Shown in pieces: positions 55,615-64,000 of a stretch of 64,000 nt of DNA. The notes under the pieces are model-generated. The model searched no databases. It was not told the origin of the DNA and saw only the letters and a program-made list of their open reading frames with translations. The stretch spans positions 966,657 through 1,030,656 of the forward strand of contig CP129476.1 in assembly GCA_030583805.1 (NCBI GenBank). Direction: 5' to 3'. The first letter of the stretch is position 1. The number at the start of each line of letters is the position of its first letter. Made by a program: the position numbers and the translations under genes. The DNA is from Patescibacteria group bacterium. GTDB lineage: Bacteria; Patescibacteriota; Patescibacteriia; SG8-24; DYFX01.

Positions 55615-56394
55615 ATGCCGATCCGCCGCTACGGACAACATTTCTTAACCGACAAGACGATCATCGACAAGATTGTCGAGGGTTCCGGCGTCACGAAGAA
55701 CGATGCCGTGCTTGAAATCGGTCCAGGCCGCGGCATTTTAACGCGTGCGCTCGCTTCCGCGGCGAAACGCGTCGTGACGGTGGAGATCGATCGCCGTTTG
55801 CATGCGCTGCTTGAGAAAGAAGGTTTGCCGGAGAACGTCGAGCTGATGCGCGGGAGCGTTTTGGATCTTGATGCGCACGCGCTAGAGGAGAAGCTCGGCA
55901 CCGACTGGAAGCTCGTCGCGAACTTGCCGTACGAGATCACCTCGAAGACGCTCGAAACCTTCCTGCCGATGCGGTCGGCGACCGGCAAGGGGCCAACCTC
56001 GCTCACGCTCATGCTGCAGAAGGAGGTGGGGGAGCGCGTCACGGCCCAGCCCGGCGACATGAACCGCCTCGCGATCTTCTGTGGATATTATTCGGAACCA
56101 AACGTGCTGTTCACCGTTCCTGCCGGGGCCTTTTCGCCGCCGCCGAAGGTGCAATCGTGCGTCGTCCGGTTCGACATCAAACCGTCCGTCGCGCTTGACG
56201 GGCGTCAGGAACAGCAGTTTTTCAAGCTGATCGCCCTTGGATTCTCGGAAAAACGCCGCCAACTCAAAAATACCTTGCGCTCCATGCTCGGTGATGATGC
56301 TTCGGCACTGCTTGTGTCCGCCGGCATCTCGCCCGAAGCCCGACCCGAAGAAGTTCCGCCTCAAAAGTGGATAACGCTCGCACAAAAGATGTGA
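55615..56394 (+). CDS. rsmA: 16S rRNA (adenine1518/1519-N6)-dimethyltransferase
   Basis: GQHFL, VLEIGPGRGILT (SAM motif), NLPY catalytic motif and the C-terminal helical domain. Confidence 0.9.
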   Translation: MPIRRYGQHFLTDKTIIDKIVEGSGVTKNDAVLEIGPGRGILTRALASAAKRVVTVEIDRRLHALLEKEGLPENVELMRGSVLDLDAHALEEKLGTDWKLVANLPYEITSKTLETFLPMRSATGKGPTSLTLMLQKEVGERVTAQPGDMNRLAIFCGYYSEPNVLFTVPAGAFSPPPKVQSCVVRFDIKPSVALDGRQEQQFFKLIALGFSEKRRQLKNTLRSMLGDDASALLVSAGISPEARPEEVPPQKWITLAQKM

Positions 56395-56406
56395 TACTAT
56401 TAGGGC

Positions 56407-57006
56407 ATGCCCGCTGATCTGCCGATCACGGACGAAAGGCCCCGTGAGCACCGCGCTGGGGCGTGGGTTGTTTTGGTTATGGGGTTGATCGGTCTCGGCC
56501 TCGGCATCTATCAGTGGCGCGCGTCGTTCCGCGCGGCCTTCGTCAGCCAGGTCAGCGCGTTCAAAACGCCGGAGCAAATCGAGCAAGAGCAGATCGAGGC
56601 GATGAAAACGAAAGACACGGACGGCGACACGCTCAACGACTTTGAAGAAACGTACGTCTACAAAACGAGCCCGTACCTCAGCGACTCCGATTCCGACGAA
56701 CTTCCGGATAACGAGGAGTTAAAAGCGGGGGAGGACCCGAACTGTCCCAAAGGAAAAAACTGCATCGAGTCCGGCGTGGCCGTAACGCTCTCGCCGCAAG
56801 CCGAAGTGGCAAGCTCGACCGCGCAAATCGAGGAAGACGCGATGCGACAACTTCTGAACCCCACGCCCGCGCAAATCCGCGCGCTCCTGATGCAGAATGG
56901 CGTAAAGGAAAGTGACCTCTCCGGTATCGATGACGCTACGCTGGTAACTCTGTACCAGCAGTCCCTCCAGGAAGTTCAAGCCAATGCCGACAAGAATTCC
57001 AACTAA
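56407..57006 (+). CDS. membrane-anchored protein with a DxDxDG Ca-binding-like and acidic Ser/Asp repeat segment
   Basis: TM AWVVLVMGLIGLGLGIY, then KDTDGDTLNDFEE (thrombospondin-type-3/dockerin-like Ca loop) and SDSDSDELPDNEE. Its 3' end overlaps the giant ORF's start by 23 nt. Confidence 0.5.
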   Translation: MPADLPITDERPREHRAGAWVVLVMGLIGLGLGIYQWRASFRAAFVSQVSAFKTPEQIEQEQIEAMKTKDTDGDTLNDFEETYVYKTSPYLSDSDSDELPDNEELKAGEDPNCPKGKNCIESGVAVTLSPQAEVASSTAQIEEDAMRQLLNPTPAQIRALLMQNGVKESDLSGIDDATLVTLYQQSLQEVQANADKNSN

Positions 57007-60000
57007 GATCTTTGCCGCTTTCCTGATCGCGTTCTTTCTTGTTGCCAAACCGGCGGCGGCGCAGTTCGGCGTGCCGCAGGTCGTCGTCGACCCCGGCGCC
57101 AATGCGCAGCTTGGCGCAGCACAGGCAAACTTGACCGCGCAAACCGCCCAAGGAACCGTGCAAACGACCGAGACGGTCAAGCAATCGGCTTGGCAAGTCT
57201 TGAAAATCTCGCTGACCAACACGGCCGCGCTCGCGCTTTTGAACGGCGTCAACTATTTCGCGCAAAAAGTGGCTTATGACGCCGCGGTGTATTTGGCCTC
57301 GGGCGGCAGTGGTCAGAAGCCGTTTTTCACGACTGAAGGTCTCGGCAACTACCTTCAAAACACCGCCGCCGACGCTGCCGGCGAAGTACTCGGCACGTTG
57401 ACGACGGATCCGGCCAGTTTCGGGAAATACGGCATTAATTTGTGCGTACCGAAAAACCCCCAACTCGCCCTGAATTTCAAGATCGGTTTCTTGAAAGGAT
57501 TGCCGGGAATCTTGGGAACGGGCGGTCCGACGCCTCCCGTACCGAAATGTACGTGGGACTCGATCGACAGCAACTGGACCGCGTTCGTCAATCAGGACTC
57601 CTCCGCGGTGCTCGACCAGATCGGCGTCATGTTCACGCCGGGTGAGAGCTCGCTTTCGGCCGCGATCGAGCTGAACAACGTCGCTTTGAGTCAGATTGCC
57701 GAAAAGAATCTCGAGTCCTACGGCGATTATTTGGCCAACAAGGGCTTCAAGCCGGTGCGCGACTTCATTTCGCGCGACATCAAGACGCCAGCCTCCACGA
57801 TCGAGAACCAGTTGAACACCTCGTTGGAGCAAGGTTGGAAGCAGGGCGACCGCACCGTGGCAATCACGGGCAGCGCTTTCGGCAACGCCGCTTTCGGTAT
57901 TCTTCCCGCCGCGCTCCAGACTTTTGCCGGCGCTCTTTCGGAGCAGCTGCTCAAAAAAGTGTTCACGCAGGGTCTCATTTCCGTCAACGATCTTCTTGGC
58001 AGCAATAGCGACCAGGCGCTGCAGTTCGGCGCGACGCCTCCTCAGGGCGGTCGCGCGTCGGCGGAGCTCGCGAATGCCTCGCTGTTGACGCCGAAAATCT
58101 TGTCGATCACGAACTATAACGAGCTGACGGATTTTGCGACGTGCCCCGCGACCGGCAGTACCGCCAACCACTGCGTCATCGATACGCAGTTCTACAATGC
58201 CGTGTCGCGCGCCGATCAGGGCCAGGCGATGACCGTGCGCCAGGCCGTGCAGCAGGGTTTCCTTAACCGCGGCTGGCAGCTGCTCCCGCTCGCGCACCGG
58301 AAAAATATCGAGAAAAACTGCTACGGAGAAGCGTTCTGCTATTCCAACCTCGTGAAGCTGCGCCTCGCGCGCGTGCTGCCCGTCGGTTGGGAAATGGCGG
58401 CCAACTCTCCGTTCAACGACGTGAACCGCCCCGTTACGCTTGGCGAGGCGATGGATCGTTTTGAAGACTGTCCGCGCGATCCGGACGGCAACGTCGATGA
58501 AACGCGTTTGCCCGACCCGCTGCATCCCTGGTGCCACATGGTCGATCCGGAATGGGTTCTGAAGTACCCGTCCGCCATCTGCCGCCAGCAAGCTCCGGGA
58601 CCGACCTTGCTTTCGTCGCAATCCGCCGCGCGCGTCGAGAGCTGCGTCGACGTCACGACATGTATCGCCCAGGATGCTTCCGGAAACTGCACGGGGGGAT
58701 ACGGCTATTGCGTGCGTGAAAAGAGCGTGTGGAAGCTGGATGCCGACGCGTGCCCGGCGCAGTTCACAAGCTGCACGGTCTATAACCGCTCGGACGGCGC
58801 TTCGTTCTCGTTCCTCTCAAATACGCTCGATGCGGGCCCCTGCAATTTGCAGAACGCCGGTTGCCGCCAGTACAGCCTTTCCTCGAATTCCGTGCCGAAC
58901 GGCAGCTTTGAAGATCTTTTGGCCGGCCAGCCGCGCGATTGGATTTTGTCCGCCGGTGCGCGACTCGATCGTTCCGGAAGCTGGTCGTCCCACGGCACGA
59001 ACTCCGTCGGCGTTCTTGCCGGCAACGGCGCCTCCGCACGCATTCCGTCGCTGATGGCGGGGAAGAAATACACGATCTCGGCCGGCGTGATCCAGGAGCT
59101 TGAAGGAACGACGTTTGCCGGTACCGTGCGCATCGCGTTCCTGCGCGCCGACGGCACTCCGGTTGAAACGGCGACGCTCGCCACGACGTGCCAGAGCGAA
59201 AACTTGGGCCGCGGCGTTTCACTTTCGATCGTCGCGACGGCGCTCGGCCACCAGTACGGTTCATGCGAGGTGACGACGCCTCCGGGCACCACCTCTGCGC
59301 TTTTGGAAATCAGTTCTGCGGCTCCCGCCGCGGGCAACCGGACATGGTTCGACGTGGTCGGCGTTTTCGGCGAAGGGTATTCGACGTCGCCGTACGATGG
59401 TATTTTCCTGAACGCGCAAACCGCGACCTGCGCCGCCGGCGACGCCGGTTGCACGGAGTTCGTCCGCTTGTCGACCGGCACGCTGAACCTCGTAAGAAAT
59501 CCTGGCTTCGAGGAAGAAAACGCCGCAACGAACCGCGCGGCGTATTGGAACATGGATCCGAGCCGGTACGTGAACGGTACGTTCACCGGATACGAAGGCA
59601 GCTCCTCCGTCGAGCTGTCGCCGACGCCAGTCAGCCAAGACGTCTATGGCCTGCTTTCCGACGCCGCATACAGCTTTTCGGTGAAAACGCGCTATCCGGG
59701 CGCGGGTGCTCCGCCCACCGCGTCCGCGACGATCCAGTTGTATGACACAAACTCGCCGCCGCAGCCGGTATCGCCGGTGACGGTCGATGGTTGCACGGTC
59801 TCCGGCTCGCAGATGCGGGTGAACTTGGCGGTCGGAACCGGATACGAAACCTCGACGTGTTCGTTTACGACTCCGTCGAATGTCGGATACGCGCGCGTCG
59901 TCCTGACGTCAAGTTCTCCTACGGATGAAGTGCAAGCTGACGCCGTTCAACTCGAGTTGTCGGTTGGCGCCACGCCGTATCACGAGGCATACGCGTCGAC

Positions 60001-63000
60001 GGCTCAGCGCGTCAATTTGAAGAAGGCGCCCGTCGGACTCGACTGCGCCGGTTCGGATCGTTCGCCGGAGTGCGACAAATATGCGCCGTCCTGCCGCCGC
60101 GACGAAGTCGGCTGCAACGCCTATCGGCCCGTTGATGGGGGAACGACGATCACGGCCGTTACGACGGCGAACGACGTATGTCCTGCCGCCTGCGCGGGCT
60201 ATGACACCTTCCGCCAAGAGCCGACGCAGTTCAACGAAGCGCGTTTCCCGCTCTTCCTGATTCCTTCGACGGCGCAAAGCTGCACCGCTAGCGAAGCGGG
60301 GTGTTCCGAATTTACGAATATCGAAAAACTTGCCCAAGGCGGAGAATCGCGCGAGTACTTTACGTATCTACGCCTGTGCACCAAGCCTGACGACCAAGCG
60401 GCCACCTACTACACCTGGGAAGGCAATGACGTGCGCGGCTACCAGCTCCGTTCGTGGTCGTTGCGCCGCTCCAATCTTGCTTCGGCCATCGGTCCTTCCG
60501 ATCCGACCGGCGGCACGGCTCCTTGCACGAAATTGGGATACGACGGAACGGGTCAGCCTCGTTGCGCCGACGACGCCGTGAGCGTGGTGGAAGCTTCGTG
60601 CACGAGAACGGACATGATCTTCAACCCGGATTGCCGCGAGTTCTATGACGTGGACGGCAACATCCACTACCGCCTGTATTCCAAGACGATTCTTTCCTCG
60701 GATGCCTGCCGCGAGTACCGCATTACGAAGAGCACGGAAGCGGAGTGCCGCGATCATGGCGGCAAGTGGCAGAACAGCGAATGCCGCTATCTGGCCTACG
60801 CGCCGGAGAGCTTGACGTGCGCGGCGACGGCGAAAGATTGCCGCGCCTATTCCGGCAATGCGTCTCGCAACGTGCGCGTGCTTGTAACGCACGACTTTGA
60901 AGCTGGTACCACGGAAGGTTGGACGGCAGCTCCTGGCGGCGGCAGCACGACGGACGTCGTGAACAGCAACGAGGCTGTTTCCGCCGGCGGCCATTCGCTG
61001 AAGGCGACGCGCGCCGATGTGACGAGCAATGTTTCAAGCCGCATCCGGAAAGGAAAGTCTTACATCCTGACCTTCTGGGCCAAGGGTACGGGCGATTTGA
61101 CCGCCCGATTGAGCCAGGCGGCTGACGCCAGCTTCACCTTCAACCGCACGACCTCCACGGAGGCGCCTGTCGCGCTTTCGACCGAGTGGCGATCGTACCA
61201 GATCGGCCCGGTTGAGGCCGTTCGTTCTCCGGAAACCAACGAGCAGCTGGTCTTCCAGCGTCTTGGCGGAGGCGCGCCGCTCTTCTTCCTCGACAACATC
61301 GAGCTTCGGGAAATTACCGACGACGTGTACCTCATCGAGGAATCTTGGCAGACGCCGCTTGCGTGCGATCAGACGCCGTCGGGCGCTTCGTCGCCGCAGT
61401 ACATGCTTGGTTGCCGTGCCTACGACGACCGCACCAACACGCGCGCGACCTTCAAATCGTTCGAAAAGCTTTGCCGCCCCGAAGTAGTCGGCTGCGAGGC
61501 GTTGTATGACACGCGCAACTCGGCTTCGCCGTTCGCGGAAACGTTCCGCGCCGTCTGTACGCTCGCGGCCTCTTGCGCCCCCGGCGCCGAGCTCACCTGC
61601 CCGTGCGCCGTCGATGGCGCCACGGTCTGCCAGGTGACGCGAGGGGAGACCAGCTGCCGATATGACGTCAACGACGACGTTCCGGCTTCGCGCGTCAGCC
61701 CTGACGGCGACACGGTTCGTGTCTCGCCCGACGGCATCGAATACTTGGTAAACGATCTTCGCTATCGCTGCGACGCCGACGCGATCGGCTGCACGGCCAT
61801 GGGCGACAAGCGCATGAACAGCGCCCGCACCTCAGTCGACAGCTGGAAGACCGTGTACCTCCGCAACGTCCCTTCGGACTATGCGCGCACGCTCTGCAAC
61901 GCGCCGGAACAGTACTGCCAGGCCTACACGCGCAAAGCGGATGCGGCCCCGGTCTTCTTCAAGGATCCCGAAGCGCGCGTTTGCGAATTCCGCGAAGGCG
62001 CTACCGCGGGCAGCCGCGGCTGGTTCAAGCAGGGGACGAGCGAACCGTGCGATCCGGGCTACTTGGAGGCCGGCGACCGCTACGGCATCTGGAAGAACTC
62101 GGACGCCTCGTATGACGGCTGGGCGGGCGTTTGCTCGCCGCAGTACGACATGTGCAAGGAGTTCATCGATCCGGTCGCGACCTCGCCTGCCTTCCCGAAC
62201 GGGACGCCGTACTACGCGATTCTGAACGACCGGCTCGACACGCGCACGTGCCAAAACCGCGTCAGCCTGAACGAATCGCCGTCCGGCGCGAACGCGGCCT
62301 CCGCCTGTGTCCTCTTCTGGCAGACGGACAACCTCACCAAGACCTATAGCGCCACCGCGACGTACGCCCTTTCGGACGCGCAGCGAGGAGCGCTTGTCGC
62401 TCCGCAGTCCGGCGGAGCCCAGAACGACTCCAACATCATCATCCGCGTGCAGCGTGATCGTCAGTGCGGCGAGTGGCTTGATTGCCGCTCCAGCGAGACG
62501 GTGTTCAACGCCACGACCGGGCAGTATCAGAACGTCTGCACCTCGTACAGCCTTTGCGCTGAGTTTGAACGCATCGGCAACACGACGCGCTGCGTCCGCT
62601 ACGTCGAGAGCAGCTATTCCGGTGAGACGCTGACGGCGGGCGTATACTCCGCGCGCACGGTTGGATCAAAGGGAATGGAATATTCGGGCTTCGCCATTCC
62701 GAACCGCTATCCGGTTGACGAACTCGTGACAGCTAACATCGGGCCTAGTGCGACCGAACCCGATCTGCGCCTCGTGTTCGTATCGAGCGCTTGCAACGGC
62801 GCGTACGGCACGTTCTGCGGTCCGGCCGACGACCAAGGCAGCTGCTTGGGTCCGGCAGGCAGCCGTCTCTGCGTCCACCCGATCGACGGCGGACGTCTCA
62901 TCACCTCGGAAGCCCAGCTGAACCAGCCGCTGATCGTTTCGGGGTATCCGGGCGCTTCTTGCCGCGCGTACCCTCAGGAGAACGCGCCGTTCCCTTCGGG

Positions 63001-64000
63001 CGTCGCCGATCCGAACGGTTGGAATTACGAAGCCGCCGAAATCAATAGCGGGAACCCGGTCTTGATCAGCCCGAGCCCGGCCTTTGCCGGCGCCAACGTG
63101 TGCCAGCGGCGTTTGGTGAACGGCGTCGAGGTTTCAAGCTGCGAATGCAATTACCTGATCGCCAGCTACGGTTCCGACAAGAAATACTTCCCGGCCGGCA
63201 GCTCTGATATTCCGAGCGGCTACTGCAGCGGCGGCGCGTATGCGGGATACGAATGCGATCCGCTCGCTTCGGGCGCTCGAACGCTGAACAATCCGTCGTG
63301 CTGCAGCCAGGCGGCGAACAGCGCGTCGGGCCTTCTCGCAAGCGGCTGCAACGACGGCGGCCAGTGCGTCCGTGTCAATAAAGTCGACCGCGTCGTCGGT
63401 TACGAGGGCCAGTGTTTGGAATACGACATGACGCGGCCGATCAACGGCACCTCGAACCAGTACGCCTGCTTGACCTGGCGCCCGGTCGGCTTGATCGGCG
63501 GCTCCCGCGACATCTACAACCAGAACCAGTCGGCCGGATACTTCACGGCCGCCGACCGCCGGTTCTATTGCGTCGGCGACCAGGCGAGCTGGGCGCTTAC
63601 GCTCAACATCAACACGACCGACGACTTGAACGGCGACGACGTCATCGATCCGCTCGATCAATACACGACGAAGTATTTCGGCACTGGAAAGTACAACAAC
63701 CGTGTCGAAAATTACGCTTCGAACGGCGGTGACTGCTCTGACGACGCGGATAATGCGGGCGGCACGCGCTGGTGCCTCTACCCGGGTCTCTCGACGTTGT
63801 CTCAGGAGAGGGATACTGACCCTGACCAGCGTTATCGCCTCTCGAGCGATCCGATTGGTATTCTCGGTTGCTACGAAGTGTCCGATCCGAACAGCGAATC
63901 GCTTGTCGCAGCGCCCGGCCCTGCCGAGATCGTATGGCCGTACATCGGCCCGCCGCTCTACCAGGATCAGCTCGAGAGCATGTATTTCCAGGTAGCCGAA
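56984..64000 (+). CDS. giant secreted cysteine-rich surface protein (>2339 aa, 3' end beyond the window) with at least two CBM/galactose-binding-like modules
   Basis: The frame is uninterrupted from ATG 56984 to the window end; an in-frame TAA lies at 56945-56947 upstream. Sec signal peptide MPTRIPTKIFAAFLIAFFLVAKPAAA-Q. Over 90 Cys are spread throughout, with G/S/T/N-rich low-complexity linkers. Two segments (NPGFEEENAATNRAAYWN...; THDFEAGTTEGWTAAPGG...FFLDNIELRE) resemble CBM_4_9-type beta-sandwich modules. Absent from the ORF track only because no stop occurs in the window. Confidence 0.7.
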   Translation, partial: MPTRIPTKIFAAFLIAFFLVAKPAAAQFGVPQVVVDPGANAQLGAAQANLTAQTAQGTVQTTETVKQSAWQVLKISLTNTAALALLNGVNYFAQKVAYDAAVYLASGGSGQKPFFTTEGLGNYLQNTAADAAGEVLGTLTTDPASFGKYGINLCVPKNPQLALNFKIGFLKGLPGILGTGGPTPPVPKCTWDSIDSNWTAFVNQDSSAVLDQIGVMFTPGESSLSAAIELNNVALSQIAEKNLESYGDYLANKGFKPVRDFISRDIKTPASTIENQLNTSLEQGWKQGDRTVAITGSAFGNAAFGILPAALQTFAGALSEQLLKKVFTQGLISVNDLLGSNSDQALQFGATPPQGGRASAELANASLLTPKILSITNYNELTDFATCPATGSTANHCVIDTQFYNAVSRADQGQAMTVRQAVQQGFLNRGWQLLPLAHRKNIEKNCYGEAFCYSNLVKLRLARVLPVGWEMAANSPFNDVNRPVTLGEAMDRFEDCPRDPDGNVDETRLPDPLHPWCHMVDPEWVLKYPSAICRQQAPGPTLLSSQSAARVESCVDVTTCIAQDASGNCTGGYGYCVREKSVWKLDADACPAQFTSCTVYNRSDGASFSFLSNTLDAGPCNLQNAGCRQYSLSSNSVPNGSFEDLLAGQPRDWILSAGARLDRSGSWSSHGTNSVGVLAGNGASARIPSLMAGKKYTISAGVIQELEGTTFAGTVRIAFLRADGTPVETATLATTCQSENLGRGVSLSIVATALGHQYGSCEVTTPPGTTSALLEISSAAPAAGNRTWFDVVGVFGEGYSTSPYDGIFLNAQTATCAAGDAGCTEFVRLSTGTLNLVRNPGFEEENAATNRAAYWNMDPSRYVNGTFTGYEGSSSVELSPTPVSQDVYGLLSDAAYSFSVKTRYPGAGAPPTASATIQLYDTNSPPQPVSPVTVDGCTVSGSQMRVNLAVGTGYETSTCSFTTPSNVGYARVVLTSSSPTDEVQADAVQLELSVGATPYHEAYASTAQRVNLKKAPVGLDCAGSDRSPECDKYAPSCRRDEVGCNAYRPVDGGTTITAVTTANDVCPAACAGYDTFRQEPTQFNEARFPLFLIPSTAQSCTASEAGCSEFTNIEKLAQGGESREYFTYLRLCTKPDDQAATYYTWEGNDVRGYQLRSWSLRRSNLASAIGPSDPTGGTAPCTKLGYDGTGQPRCADDAVSVVEASCTRTDMIFNPDCREFYDVDGNIHYRLYSKTILSSDACREYRITKSTEAECRDHGGKWQNSECRYLAYAPESLTCAATAKDCRAYSGNASRNVRVLVTHDFEAGTTEGWTAAPGGGSTTDVVNSNEAVSAGGHSLKATRADVTSNVSSRIRKGKSYILTFWAKGTGDLTARLSQAADASFTFNRTTSTEAPVALSTEWRSYQIGPVEAVRSPETNEQLVFQRLGGGAPLFFLDNIELREITDDVYLIEESWQTPLACDQTPSGASSPQYMLGCRAYDDRTNTRATFKSFEKLCRPEVVGCEALYDTRNSASPFAETFRAVCTLAASCAPGAELTCPCAVDGATVCQVTRGETSCRYDVNDDVPASRVSPDGDTVRVSPDGIEYLVNDLRYRCDADAIGCTAMGDKRMNSARTSVDSWKTVYLRNVPSDYARTLCNAPEQYCQAYTRKADAAPVFFKDPEARVCEFREGATAGSRGWFKQGTSEPCDPGYLEAGDRYGIWKNSDASYDGWAGVCSPQYDMCKEFIDPVATSPAFPNGTPYYAILNDRLDTRTCQNRVSLNESPSGANAASACVLFWQTDNLTKTYSATATYALSDAQRGALVAPQSGGAQNDSNIIIRVQRDRQCGEWLDCRSSETVFNATTGQYQNVCTSYSLCAEFERIGNTTRCVRYVESSYSGETLTAGVYSARTVGSKGMEYSGFAIPNRYPVDELVTANIGPSATEPDLRLVFVSSACNGAYGTFCGPADDQGSCLGPAGSRLCVHPIDGGRLITSEAQLNQPLIVSGYPGASCRAYPQENAPFPSGVADPNGWNYEAAEINSGNPVLISPSPAFAGANVCQRRLVNGVEVSSCECNYLIASYGSDKKYFPAGSSDIPSGYCSGGAYAGYECDPLASGARTLNNPSCCSQAANSASGLLASGCNDGGQCVRVNKVDRVVGYEGQCLEYDMTRPINGTSNQYACLTWRPVGLIGGSRDIYNQNQSAGYFTAADRRFYCVGDQASWALTLNINTTDDLNGDDVIDPLDQYTTKYFGTGKYNNRVENYASNGGDCSDDADNAGGTRWCLYPGLSTLSQERDTDPDQRYRLSSDPIGILGCYEVSDPNSESLVAAPGPAEIVWPYIGPPLYQDQLESMYFQVAE

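Noticed and set aside
56936-58621. 561-aa minus-strand ORF
   Set aside because: Antisense to the 5' part of the giant plus-strand secreted-protein gene, which has a signal peptide and domain-like organisation.

Overview
This 64-kb window is high-GC (roughly 63–65%) bacterial chromosomal DNA. About 70 protein genes are packed tightly on both strands, with five tRNA genes and no rRNA, CRISPR array, integrase or transposase. I treat two very long antisense ORFs as high-GC shadow artefacts rather than genes.

Most of the window is housekeeping: uvrA, valS, tyrS, argS, groES-groEL, nusA, yidC, prfB (with its conserved +1 frameshift), rsmA/ksgA, tsaC, rplS, cmk, rluD and secG.

The accessory content is interleaved with that core:
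- A tRNA-Ile(UAU) gene sits next to a 43%-GC cytoplasmic trypsin-like protease cassette that ends in a decayed tRNA-like remnant.
- Downstream of that is a lipoprotein with a C-terminal NlpC/P60-like motif.
- A copper-handling cluster next to tRNA-Val(GAC) holds a small His/Cys-rich protein, an HMA-permease-cupredoxin fusion, CopZ, a CPC-type CopA, a CPH-type CopB-like ATPase and a DsbA.
- Five small N-terminally membrane-anchored genes lie in tandem between valS and tyrS, separated by a repeated hairpin terminator / TTGAC module.
- A low-GC HExxH gene is inserted between the epimerase gene (just after prfB) and tsaC.
- A T4SS-pilin-like protein carries a Cys-rich C-terminal extension and sits beside a DsbA.
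- At the 3' edge, a secreted, cysteine-rich protein of more than 2339 aa is translationally coupled to a small membrane protein with a DxDxDG Ca-binding-like motif, and it runs off the window.

A recurring TATACT (often TGnTATACT) -10-like hexamer lies 7–19 nt upstream of many start codons, suggesting short-leader or leaderless mRNAs. The gene repertoire resembles high-GC Patescibacteria/CPR-like genomes, but that is inference only. All functional calls rest on my reading of conserved motifs in the translations; no database search was possible.
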